Of a stretch of 64,000 bases of DNA, positions 10,303 to 19,435 are shown piece by piece. Under the pieces are notes generated by a model. The model searched no databases. It saw nothing but the letters and a program-made list of their open reading frames with translations, and was not told the DNA's origin. A program made the translations under genes and the position numbers. Position 1 is the first letter of the stretch. Each line of letters opens with the position of its first letter. Origin of the DNA: an uncultured Planctomycetaceae bacterium (GTDB taxonomy: Bacteria; Planctomycetota; Planctomycetia; Planctomycetales; Planctomycetaceae); assembly GCA_963976765.1 (NCBI GenBank), contig CAXBME010000007.1:1-64000 (forward strand), given 5' to 3'.

Positions 10303-11160
10303 ATGACCGAGAGTAATTCTGAGACGCGGCGCAACAAGGCGACTTTGCCTCAGCTGCTGGTAAGCGTTCGCTCAGCCAACGAAGCTGCCGTTGCTCTTTT
10401 CGGTGGCTGCCAGATTCTCGACGTGAAAGATCCTTCGCGCGGGTCACTTGGTCGTGCGTCTGGTTCGGTGATTGAACAGGTTCTGCAGACTGGCCGCGCG
10501 GCGGGGATTCCCGTCAGCGCGGCACTGGGCGAAGTGACCGACTACTCAATTTTACAAAACGTTGAAAATTCGAATCTGTCGCTTCCAGAGGCCTTTGCCG
10601 GGCTTTCCTTCGTAAAGCTGGGACTTTCCGGCCTGGGGCAGGATGGCAACTGGTCTGCACGCTGGCAGGACACAATGTCGTTGCTGGCTGGCAGCATTCG
10701 CTCGAGCGATGAAAAGAGTTCACCAGACTGGGTTGCCGTGATTTATGCCGACTGGCAGGCGGCCGACGCTCCGGAACCGGACAAAATTGTTGATTGCGTG
10801 CTGTCTTCCAGCGACTCGAACAGCAACTGCATCGCCGGCGTTCTGATTGACACCTGGTCAAAAAAATCAGGACGCTTGCTCGACAGTCTTCCTGTAGAAA
10901 AGTTGCGAGAGCTGGCTGAGTCTGTCCAGCAGTCGGGCCGTTTTTTCGCGGCTGCCGGGCGTCTGACTTCAACCATGTTGCCAGCGCTGGCGATTGTCAG
11001 GCCGGACATCGTTGCTGTGCGGTCGGCGGTCTGTCGGAATGAAGACCGCAAATCATCCGTTGACGCAGACGCGGTGCGGATGCTTCGCGCCGAAATGGAT
11101 CGAACATTCGCGGTCGGAACTGTGAACGCAGCCTTGCCGATCGGAGCGTTTCATGACTGA
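10303..11160 (+). CDS. mfnB: (5-formylfuran-3-yl)methyl phosphate synthase family (UPF0264)
   Basis: LLVSVRSANEA, DVKDPSRGSLG, VSAALGE, LIDTWSK, AGRL and VRSAVC motifs. Confidence 0.8.
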   Translation: MTESNSETRRNKATLPQLLVSVRSANEAAVALFGGCQILDVKDPSRGSLGRASGSVIEQVLQTGRAAGIPVSAALGEVTDYSILQNVENSNLSLPEAFAGLSFVKLGLSGLGQDGNWSARWQDTMSLLAGSIRSSDEKSSPDWVAVIYADWQAADAPEPDKIVDCVLSSSDSNSNCIAGVLIDTWSKKSGRLLDSLPVEKLRELAESVQQSGRFFAAAGRLTSTMLPALAIVRPDIVAVRSAVCRNEDRKSSVDADAVRMLRAEMDRTFAVGTVNAALPIGAFHD

Positions 11161-12541
11161 AGATGGACCATCGACGTCGCAGGTTTCTTCGAGCTTTTTC
11201 CGCGATCGTTCGTTCTGGGGGCTGACAGTCAGCCAGCTACTGGGCGCCTTCAACGACAACATGTTCAAGCAACTGGTGCTGCTGCTTTGTCTGGAGAAAG
11301 CTCACGAGATCGCTCAGGCAACAGGTGGGCCGGTTTCCGACCGCTACCAGCCCATCGCGATGGCTGTGTTTGCAATCCCGTGGATTCTGTTTTCGGGCGT
11401 CTCCGGATTCCTCGCTGACCGACTCAGTAAGCGGCGCATCGTCGTACTTTGTAAGTCGATGGAAATCGTCGTGATGGGCTGCGGTCTGCTGGCGTTTCTT
11501 TCGGGGCAACTGTGGGGTCTGTTCGTCGTTCTGTTTCTGATGAGCACTCAAAGTACTGTCTTCGGGCCGGCTAAGTTCGGCATACTTCCCGAGCAGTTTC
11601 GCTCTGAAGACTTGCCTCGGATCAATGGCATTTTTCAGATGACGACGTTCCTGGCGATTATTTTCGGGTTCGCGTCGGCCGGAATTCTGAAAGAAACGCT
11701 GCCGGGGCAGGAAGGGCTTGCCCTGGTGAGCGTGGTATCGATCGTGATCGCCGTGGTCGGAACGGGGGCGGCGTGTCTGGTTCGGCCAACCCCCGTCGCA
11801 CAGCCGGATCTGAAGCTCACCTGGCAGGCCGTCGGCATCGACGGCCAGAACTGGAAGCTGATTCAGGACAACCGATTTCTGCTGGGAGTCTTGCTGGTTT
11901 CGTCGTTGTTCTGGTTTGTCGGAGGCGTTGTCCAGCCATCAGTTAACAGTTTCGGAGAATACGACCTGAAACTCAGCAGCGACCGGATCGGGATCCTTCA
12001 GGCGTGCATGGGAGTTGGCATCGCGTTCGGCTGTGTGATGTCGGGTCGACTTTCAAAGAACCGAATTCGTTTCGGTCTGGTCCGTGCCGGAATGCTGGGA
12101 ATGGTCGTGGGCTTTCCGGCGATGACTGCAATTTCGTACTTTCAGCCAGGAGTCGCTGCCGGGCAGGTTGCGGCTGAAGTTGCCGGGTCAGGTAATCTGC
12201 TTCTCGACGCGTCCACCGCCGAGTGGCTGGCGCGAGGCTGTCTGATCTGGCTCGGCGGTTGTGCGGGATTCTTCGCCGTTCCTTTGCAGGTTGCTCTGCA
12301 AAGTGTGCCGCCGGAATCTCAAAAAGGGCGGATGATCGGGACGATGAATCTCGTCAACTGGTTCGGAATTCTTCTCTCAGCCGTCTTTTACTTCGCTTTC
12401 GAATTCGTCCGCTCAAAACTCAATGCACACGGTTTCGAACTGAACTCTGCGACAGTCTTCACGTCGCTGGCAATCATCGCGGCGGTCGTCGCCATGATCT
12501 ACCGGCCTGACGACATCGACCTGAGCGAACCCGCGAAGTAA
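11153..12541 (+). CDS. MFS transporter (LplT/Aas-associated type)
   Basis: QLLGAFNDNMFK, GFLADRLSKR and FGPAKFGILPE motifs; about 12 TM. Confidence 0.85.
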   Translation: MTEDGPSTSQVSSSFFRDRSFWGLTVSQLLGAFNDNMFKQLVLLLCLEKAHEIAQATGGPVSDRYQPIAMAVFAIPWILFSGVSGFLADRLSKRRIVVLCKSMEIVVMGCGLLAFLSGQLWGLFVVLFLMSTQSTVFGPAKFGILPEQFRSEDLPRINGIFQMTTFLAIIFGFASAGILKETLPGQEGLALVSVVSIVIAVVGTGAACLVRPTPVAQPDLKLTWQAVGIDGQNWKLIQDNRFLLGVLLVSSLFWFVGGVVQPSVNSFGEYDLKLSSDRIGILQACMGVGIAFGCVMSGRLSKNRIRFGLVRAGMLGMVVGFPAMTAISYFQPGVAAGQVAAEVAGSGNLLLDASTAEWLARGCLIWLGGCAGFFAVPLQVALQSVPPESQKGRMIGTMNLVNWFGILLSAVFYFAFEFVRSKLNAHGFELNSATVFTSLAIIAAVVAMIYRPDDIDLSEPAK

Positions 12542-12556
12542 ACGTAACAAGCATGG

Positions 12557-14203
12557 TCAGTTCGAACGAATGTCGTAGGCGAGCAGGTTGTCCATGTCTC
12601 GCAGAAACAGCTTGCCGTTTGCGATGACCGGATGAGACCACGATGGTCGTCCGCTGCGTTGAGGCTGGTCGAAACGGCTTTTCTCTTCGTACCCGTTCGG
12701 CGTAGCTTCGACGAGCGCGACCGGGCCTTGCTCACTCCGAACATAAAGGTGGCCGTCGGCGTAAGAAACCGCGCCCTTGCCGACTGAACGGTTCTGCCAG
12801 ACGACGCGGTTACTTCGCAGTTCGATGCACTTCAGGATGCCGGGGTCGCTTGAGCCATAGAGGTAGCCATCAACGACGACCATCCCGCCGTGATGATTCT
12901 TCATTTCTTTCGTCGAGTACGCCACCTGCGAAACAGTCTGCCCGTTTCGAGTCTGAAGCTGGAATAACGAGCCGCCGGTGTCGTATCCCGATGCGGTGAA
13001 CACGTTGCCGTTATAAAAAACCGGCGTCGAGCAGTTGGCTGTATTATTAGCCGACTCACGGTGCCCCCACATGACCTGTCCATCGGACGCTCGCACCCCA
13101 ACCACTCCGCCGTGAGTGTAGTTGACGTATTGCCTCACGCCGCCGACTTCAATCGCGATCGGCGATGAGTAACTGGCTCTCGGGCTCGTCGGCACCGCAG
13201 CCGTCCAGATCACGTTGCCTGTGTTTCGATTCAGAGCGACCATCGTGGCCCGCTGACCGCCGGGCGTGCAGATAACTTTGTCTCCGTCGACAAGTACCGA
13301 TTCGCTGATTCCCCATGTGATGTTGGAACCGCCAAAATCGCGGAGAATGTTCTTTCGCCACTGTGGCTGTCCGGTCTGCGCGTCGAGGCATGACAGATCG
13401 CCGTTTGCTCCCAGCGAATAAACTTTTCCGTCAACGATTGATGGCGTTCCACGAGGGCCGTTGCCCTGACCTTCTCGATAGGCTTCTCCATTCGAAGCGG
13501 TCCAGATCTCGCGACCGCTTTCGAGATCCAGGCAAATGACTTTTTCTTCCGGCCCCACGTTGCCCATTGTGTAAACTCGCCCGTTGCTGATCGAAACTGC
13601 TGAATAGCCTTCGCCGATCCCTCGAGCCGTCCACGCCTGCGGTGGTCCCTGGTCTGGCCAGTTCGACAGCAGGTTTTGCTCTGGTGAAATGTTGTCCCGA
13701 TTCGGGCCGCGGAACTGATTCCAGTCACCGCTCGATGACTCAGCGACGGACGTTGACTCAACGGACTTCATCGGGAATCGACGACTGCGGGGCGACGTTC
13801 GGCTTTCGGTACTGGCCGATGCCGTGTCAGCTGGTTCTGATGCGGGAACCTTCGATGGTTCGGGCTTGCTGATTGCTGGCGACGTTTTCGGCGTTGCTGA
13901 TTCGACCGTCGATTTCACATTGAGTCGGGTGACGTACGAGTCGCTCACAAAAGCGTAGACGGACTGGCCCGGTTTCAGTCGACTGACAAGCCCCTTCTTC
14001 CCGTCGATCAGGATGCGGGCATCGGTCGCCAGGCGGAGTGCCCGATTTATCTCTTTGCCGCGAAGCTTGACGACCAGTCGCGTCCCTTTCGAATCCACGG
14101 AGACGATTGTTCCGGGAACAACTTCGGCGATCGCGGAATCGGAGATGACACTCAGTCCAGCAGCCGCCGCAAGAAAGCAGAAGATTCGACATCGCGTCCA
14201 CAT
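12557..14203 (-). CDS. PQQ-like beta-propeller repeat protein, secreted
   Basis: WNQFRGPNRD, GPRGTP, ASYSSP and WSHPVIANGKLFLR motifs; signal peptide and Ser/Pro linker. Confidence 0.88.
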   Translation of the reverse strand: MWTRCRIFCFLAAAAGLSVISDSAIAEVVPGTIVSVDSKGTRLVVKLRGKEINRALRLATDARILIDGKKGLVSRLKPGQSVYAFVSDSYVTRLNVKSTVESATPKTSPAISKPEPSKVPASEPADTASASTESRTSPRSRRFPMKSVESTSVAESSSGDWNQFRGPNRDNISPEQNLLSNWPDQGPPQAWTARGIGEGYSAVSISNGRVYTMGNVGPEEKVICLDLESGREIWTASNGEAYREGQGNGPRGTPSIVDGKVYSLGANGDLSCLDAQTGQPQWRKNILRDFGGSNITWGISESVLVDGDKVICTPGGQRATMVALNRNTGNVIWTAAVPTSPRASYSSPIAIEVGGVRQYVNYTHGGVVGVRASDGQVMWGHRESANNTANCSTPVFYNGNVFTASGYDTGGSLFQLQTRNGQTVSQVAYSTKEMKNHHGGMVVVDGYLYGSSDPGILKCIELRSNRVVWQNRSVGKGAVSYADGHLYVRSEQGPVALVEATPNGYEEKSRFDQPQRSGRPSWSHPVIANGKLFLRDMDNLLAYDIRSN

Positions 14204-14330
14204 GGTTCGCTACCTTTCGGTCTGAAAATCATCCAGCACTCATCACGAAACTATGAACCGTCAGGCATAACGTCTCAAGACAGTTTGTCCGACGATTCTT
14301 CCCGGATGTGTCCTGCGGAAATGCTTTGAC

Positions 14331-14367
14331 AAATAAAAAACGGGACGAGCATCTGCTTGTCCCGTTT
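14331..14367 (-). terminator. Intrinsic terminator closing the cytochrome operon
   Basis: aaacgggacgagca-tc-tgcttgtcccgttt hairpin with a T-tract on the minus strand, just past the stop at 14404. Confidence 0.75.
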
Positions 14368-14403
14368 CGTCGTTGATCAATTCGAACCAGCCACGATCAA
14401 GAC

Positions 14404-16128
14404 TCAGTCGCTGGATGCTTTGATGCTTCCGGCCAGTTCCTGGAGTTGCGTCCGGAACCACGCTGGGTCGTAGCCGCCGATCGCTTTCAGTGATTCCGGA
14501 AGCTGTTCGGCAATGACGTACTTGTCGCCAGCGGGCAAATCGAGCCGCAGCTTTTCGGTCAGTTCAAGCTGTGTCAAAAGGTCGTTGACTTTCTTCTGTG
14601 CAGCGGCCCGGTCTCCGGCTTCCCAGTTCTGGTAGACCTTCAAATTGGCCAACGCCCGGTCAATCGCTTGTTTGTCCGATTCGTCTGCCGGGGTAGCTGT
14701 GAAATTAGGCAGGTCGGTGTTCATTTCGGAAAGGACTGTCCGAATTGCCCAGACCAGCTGGCGCGCCGAATGGAAGTCAGGGTACGTTTCGGGAGGTAGC
14801 GACACGAGCGTCTGAAGGGTTCGACCGGCGTCTTCTTTACCGACAGGGCTCTTGAAGACGTCGTTCGCCAGTTGGTCGAGCCAGGCGACCAGGCCATCTT
14901 CGCCCAGGGCGACGGCCTGAATGGCTTTCGGATCTCCGAAGGGTCGGCGATCAAGCACTCGTCGAAGTTCTTCCATCTTGCCGTGGTAGGCGTCCCAGTC
15001 TTTCTGGAATGCTGCGTCATCGTCGCCAGCTCGCTGGCGGATGCCGAGCTTCACCAGTGCTTCCGGCCAGGCAAACATTTGCGGACGACCCGGCAGCGAC
15101 TTTCCATAGCCACGTTTCTGCCGCCAACTGGGAGCAGCCAGGTCGTGGTGACACGCCGAGCAATCAAACACAGCCAGCTCCGGCCACGCCTGCGAGTCCT
15201 GATCAACTGCCTGCGATGCGAACAGGTTGACGGTTTCGCGAAGAGCCATCGTGCCGCCAATGATCACCGACTTGGTCTTTGCCAGGTCGTTCAGCGGTGA
15301 ATGCTCCAAGCCTGGAAAGTTGGACTTAATGTAGTCTTCGCGGAATTTGAACTCGCCTTTTTCCTGCAGAGTTCGCCAGTGAGTTGGCATCTGCTGAGAA
15401 AAAGTTTCGATCTCGATCCCCGGCAATGGCGGATGCCCGGCGGCGTACATTTCGTGAGTGACGACTTTGCCTTCCCGCACGTTTCCGACGTGGCAGGAGA
15501 AACATTGCTGAGCACGGCGGACCGGGTTTCGAACGTCGATCATTCCATACTTCTGCTCTTTCTCCTCCGCAGAAATTTTCCGCCAGCGAGGGTCGTCGTG
15601 CGGGCCTTCCCACAACGAACTCGGACCGTGGCAGGATTCACAGGTGACGCCGAATTCGAAAAGCGGCGGCTGTTCGAAGCCTTCTTTCCAGCGATAGTTA
15701 GCATGGCAGGCCAGGCACTGCTTGTCGGTGGTGACTTTGTAATTTGCGTCGCCCTTGCTTTGCGCCAGGATTTTTTCCATGTGTTTGCCAAGGTCGCCTT
15801 CAAGAAGCTCGTACGCCTGGCGGTGTTTGTCGCTGGCAAAGATGCTGACTTCGTTGAGCACGCAGAATTCGCGGCTCATCGTGACGAACGGGTTCTTGTC
15901 ACCAATCGCCTCATTGTGGCAGGGGACGCACGATCGAAGCCCTTGAAACTGCGGCGTGGTGCTGTCGCCTAACGCGTCCTGAGCGACTGCCACTGACTGA
16001 ACCATCGGAGCTTCTGGACTGAACGCCTGAAAGGCGGCGACAGCCGAAAGTCCGGCAGCACTGGTCCAGATCACTCGTTTCATAAGCCGGAAATAAGTCG
16101 GCATCAGGCAGTCCTTTTCATACACCAC
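14404..16128 (-). CDS. Pentaheme cytochrome c (c554-like)
   Basis: CVPCH, CLACH, CESCH, CFSCH, CSACH; signal peptide. Start may be ATG 16104. Confidence 0.88.
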   Translation of the reverse strand: MVYEKDCLMPTYFRLMKRVIWTSAAGLSAVAAFQAFSPEAPMVQSVAVAQDALGDSTTPQFQGLRSCVPCHNEAIGDKNPFVTMSREFCVLNEVSIFASDKHRQAYELLEGDLGKHMEKILAQSKGDANYKVTTDKQCLACHANYRWKEGFEQPPLFEFGVTCESCHGPSSLWEGPHDDPRWRKISAEEKEQKYGMIDVRNPVRRAQQCFSCHVGNVREGKVVTHEMYAAGHPPLPGIEIETFSQQMPTHWRTLQEKGEFKFREDYIKSNFPGLEHSPLNDLAKTKSVIIGGTMALRETVNLFASQAVDQDSQAWPELAVFDCSACHHDLAAPSWRQKRGYGKSLPGRPQMFAWPEALVKLGIRQRAGDDDAAFQKDWDAYHGKMEELRRVLDRRPFGDPKAIQAVALGEDGLVAWLDQLANDVFKSPVGKEDAGRTLQTLVSLPPETYPDFHSARQLVWAIRTVLSEMNTDLPNFTATPADESDKQAIDRALANLKVYQNWEAGDRAAAQKKVNDLLTQLELTEKLRLDLPAGDKYVIAEQLPESLKAIGGYDPAWFRTQLQELAGSIKASSD

Positions 16129-16160
16129 AGGTCAGGTTGCCCTGACGAAGTCTGCACGAC

Positions 16161-17696
16161 TCAGTCAAGAAGGTCGTGAATCTTTTGCAGCTCGGTCGAG
16201 ATCACATTTGCCGGATCGGATGAAAAATTCTCAGGGCTGTCGAAGCCTTTGGGAAATTCAAGATGGCTTCGAATCAGTTCCAGCGAAGTGTTGATCTGCC
16301 GACTCCTCTCAGAAGTCTGGCCGACCGTTCCCGAGACGTCGGTAAGCCCTTGATGAATCGCGGTCAGCGACAGCCACGATTGAGTTGCTCCGTCCCAGCT
16401 CTGCTGCGAAGCAGAAGTGCCCACCACAGAAACGCCTTTCATCCAGCCGGCAATCTGCTCGGCGGTAAGCTGTTGTGAGTCGATCGTCTGAGCCGATTTT
16501 GTGAGCACGGCCTGCAAGTCCTTTGCGCTGGAAATCACCGCCTGCCGGTTCGGATAAGGACGAGCCATTTCACGAGTCAACTTCGAAAGTGGACTCTCGG
16601 CTTCTGTCAGCTTCGACGTTCCTGCCGAGTCGACGACGGTCGGAAGAATCGGAAACAGCCAGGTTCCCCAGGGGTAGCCGCCGGCATTTCGTGAGGCATA
16701 CCCGCGTTTCTGTCGCCAGCTTGGCGAGTCAAGATTGTGGTGGCAGGCGAAACACCCCGTTTCCGCAAACTCAGGCCAGACGGCTACGGTTTCGCCGGAG
16801 GGGTACTTCGCATCTTTGTCTCGAAGGGCGAAATCGTCACGAGTGTTCTCAGCTCGATGTGTCAGTAGATCCAGAGCTGCTTCTGCCGAGGCCAGCTGAC
16901 CAATCGCCCACAGCTTTGCTTCGAACGCCGACTGGTCACGACCAGGGCCGGTTCGTTGCCGGTCGTCGTTGCGGTCCCAGTGAGCGGGCATGTTGGTGTG
17001 AAAGGCCGACATCTCGAAGAACAATCGAGGATGCCCCGCTGCGTAGAGATCGTGGTTGACGTCACGACCGGGTTCTCCAACGTGGCAGTCGGCGCAGACT
17101 TTCGATCGATTCCAAAGATTTTTTGTTTCGCGAAAGCCAAGTGCTGCTTTTTCTGCGGGCGACTTCCTGGCCCAGTCGTGACGAACGTGTGGGCCGAGCC
17201 AGTCTGAGGCGGCACCGTGGCAGGCTTCGCAACTGACGCCGTCAAGTAACGCCGACAACGAACCGTGAGCATGGTTGCCAGTAAACGGAGGGTCGTTCTG
17301 CGGCGCGTGGCAGTTCAGACATAGTGCCGCCTGATGCGCGGGCTTGTCGAGCTTCAGTAGCTTCGCCATGCGTTGCGAAGTTTCGTTGTAGAGAACCGAG
17401 TAAGCCTCAGCGTGTTTGTCGTCCTGAATCCAGATGCTGTATTCGCTGCCGACGATTCCTTTTGAGCCGTCTCCACCATGACAGTTCGCAGCCGCACATC
17501 CACCAACGCCAACGAAATGCCGCCCGTCTTTTGCCAGGGGCGAATTAACGGCGGCCGTCGATGCTTCGTTCGGAGTTTGTAAGGTGAGACGATCCGTTTC
17601 GGCTGGTTCAACGCCGGATGACGTTCGGGCGAACACGGCAACGGAGGCGACCGCCGCTGCTGTGAGCAGAACTCTGAATGTCATTTTCCAGTGCAT
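16161..17696 (-). CDS. Multiheme cytochrome c (4 CxxCH plus 1 CX4CH), paralog of the adjacent gene
   Basis: CAAANCH, CLNCH, CEACH, CADCH, CFACH; shares YAAGHP and PSWRQKRGY with the neighbour; GGAGAGG RBS before ATG 17696. Confidence 0.87.
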   Translation of the reverse strand: MHWKMTFRVLLTAAAVASVAVFARTSSGVEPAETDRLTLQTPNEASTAAVNSPLAKDGRHFVGVGGCAAANCHGGDGSKGIVGSEYSIWIQDDKHAEAYSVLYNETSQRMAKLLKLDKPAHQAALCLNCHAPQNDPPFTGNHAHGSLSALLDGVSCEACHGAASDWLGPHVRHDWARKSPAEKAALGFRETKNLWNRSKVCADCHVGEPGRDVNHDLYAAGHPRLFFEMSAFHTNMPAHWDRNDDRQRTGPGRDQSAFEAKLWAIGQLASAEAALDLLTHRAENTRDDFALRDKDAKYPSGETVAVWPEFAETGCFACHHNLDSPSWRQKRGYASRNAGGYPWGTWLFPILPTVVDSAGTSKLTEAESPLSKLTREMARPYPNRQAVISSAKDLQAVLTKSAQTIDSQQLTAEQIAGWMKGVSVVGTSASQQSWDGATQSWLSLTAIHQGLTDVSGTVGQTSERSRQINTSLELIRSHLEFPKGFDSPENFSSDPANVISTELQKIHDLLD

Positions 17697-17805
17697 GAAC
17701 CTCTCCGGTAATTCCGGAACCGAACAGTCGCGTCCATGCGACCAGCCAGATGATGAAGAGACCGACTCCCGGTCCGTGCGCACGCAGAGCCGGGTGTTTT
17801 CTGAT

Positions 17806-19350
17806 CTAGTTCGTGTTTTTGTTCTTCAGAATCGCGTCAGGATTGGCCTTTGAAACTCCAAGGAGTGAATTCAGCGTACCGATAAACCTGTCTTCGCCGT
17901 GATCGTGGTAGATGTGGCATTCGACACAACCGTTGCTGGCCCCAAAATGACGCGACGGTTCGCCTGCTGGCGGTTGCTCCGGATGTCGCGAGTGGCATTT
18001 TCCGCACAACTCCATCATTGGCAGCATCACGTCACCGGTATCTTTGCTTTCACTGACAGCTCCGTGACATTCGACACAGTTCATCATCTGGTGAGCTTCG
18101 TGACTGAAAACAGCATGAGGCTCCCAACGATCAGGGATGTTCGGCGGGACGATCTGCCAGGCACCGGGCTGGTCCTGATTCTCCACGGTGTGGCAGTATC
18201 CGCAGCCTCCTTTGGCTTCGGGACCAAACAACGCATGGGTATGTCGCAACGCTTCAGTTTCAGCCGTCGTCAACTGTTCGGCCACCCACTCGACCTGATC
18301 CCTCGACAACTGCGGCCTCGATTTTCGACCGGGAATTGAACGAACCGGTGACACGTCTTTCACCGCGGCTGGATCCCGTAAGGCGGCGAGTGTGTACTTG
18401 TCGGTGAGGAATCCTCGCACAACGTCCGGTCGTTCGTGCGGCACCTGCTGACCTGGGAAATCTTTATTGTCGAAGAGCAGCGGATGGCACTTCTGGCAGT
18501 GCTGCTCGAACCGGATCGGCAGCATGTATTTGCCTTCAGTGTCCTTGACGTGGCAGGCGTTGCACGTTTGAGAGAGGTCGGTGAATCTTTCTTTACTCAA
18601 CCGCTGATCCTGCCCAATGATTCCGTAGACAAGGTTTCCCGCTTCGTCGCGTTCAGACTTCAGATGTGCCGAATGGTTAAAGCGAATTTTCGCCTTGTCC
18701 TGCCAGCCTTTTCCGTCAACAAACTCAAGTAGTTTTCGAGCCTGTTGTGCTGGTCCAACATCTCCAGGGTTCGACGAATTGCTTGCAAGAAGCCTCGCAA
18801 AAGCAAACTCCGGGTGTCCCCCTTCGCGTCCGAATTCTGTGATGGACGCTGCAAACGACATCTGTCCGTCGGTAGTCTGAATGTTCTCGTGGCATCTCAG
18901 ACAAATGTGATCTTTGACTCTAACCAGAGACTGGTTCCCCTTGTGTTCGAGATGGCACTCGGCACACGAGATGTCTTCATGAGCCGGAATCTGATTCTTG
19001 TGGTGAACAGAGCCCGGATGGCACGCCAGACAGGCTTTGTTCTCGACTGAGTAGACCTTGTGAGAAAAGTCCAGGTTGAACGCTCGTTCCAGCGGTGCCC
19101 AGGTCGTGTGACACTTCTCGCAATCATTCTCAAACATGCGATGGACGTGCGCCACGTCGCCGCCTTCGAAGATGTGATACTCGCCGCGTCCGCCTTCGTA
19201 CCCGAGCCAGACGAAGCACGCGACGCTCAGCCAGAACGCGGCCCACCACGTCCGACGACGAAAACGGTTCGGACGTTTGTGCGATTCAATTTCGACCCGT
19301 TCAGAAAGTTGACGGCTCGTGTATTGCACCGGCATAGCTGACTTTTCCAC
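17806..19350 (-). CDS. Membrane-anchored decaheme cytochrome c (c3-like)
   Basis: Ten CxxCH motifs (CEKCH, CLACH, CAECH, CLRCH, CNACH, CQKCH, CGYCH, CVECH, CGKCH, CVECH) after one N-terminal TM helix. Confidence 0.9.
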   Translation of the reverse strand: MEKSAMPVQYTSRQLSERVEIESHKRPNRFRRRTWWAAFWLSVACFVWLGYEGGRGEYHIFEGGDVAHVHRMFENDCEKCHTTWAPLERAFNLDFSHKVYSVENKACLACHPGSVHHKNQIPAHEDISCAECHLEHKGNQSLVRVKDHICLRCHENIQTTDGQMSFAASITEFGREGGHPEFAFARLLASNSSNPGDVGPAQQARKLLEFVDGKGWQDKAKIRFNHSAHLKSERDEAGNLVYGIIGQDQRLSKERFTDLSQTCNACHVKDTEGKYMLPIRFEQHCQKCHPLLFDNKDFPGQQVPHERPDVVRGFLTDKYTLAALRDPAAVKDVSPVRSIPGRKSRPQLSRDQVEWVAEQLTTAETEALRHTHALFGPEAKGGCGYCHTVENQDQPGAWQIVPPNIPDRWEPHAVFSHEAHQMMNCVECHGAVSESKDTGDVMLPMMELCGKCHSRHPEQPPAGEPSRHFGASNGCVECHIYHDHGEDRFIGTLNSLLGVSKANPDAILKNKNTN

Positions 19351-19435
19351 TGCCAGGACAGAGTCGATGGGACTCTGAAGAAGATTGCTGAAACTCGACT
19401 TGAATCGTTAACGGAAAGCGACGGTTAAAAGACCG

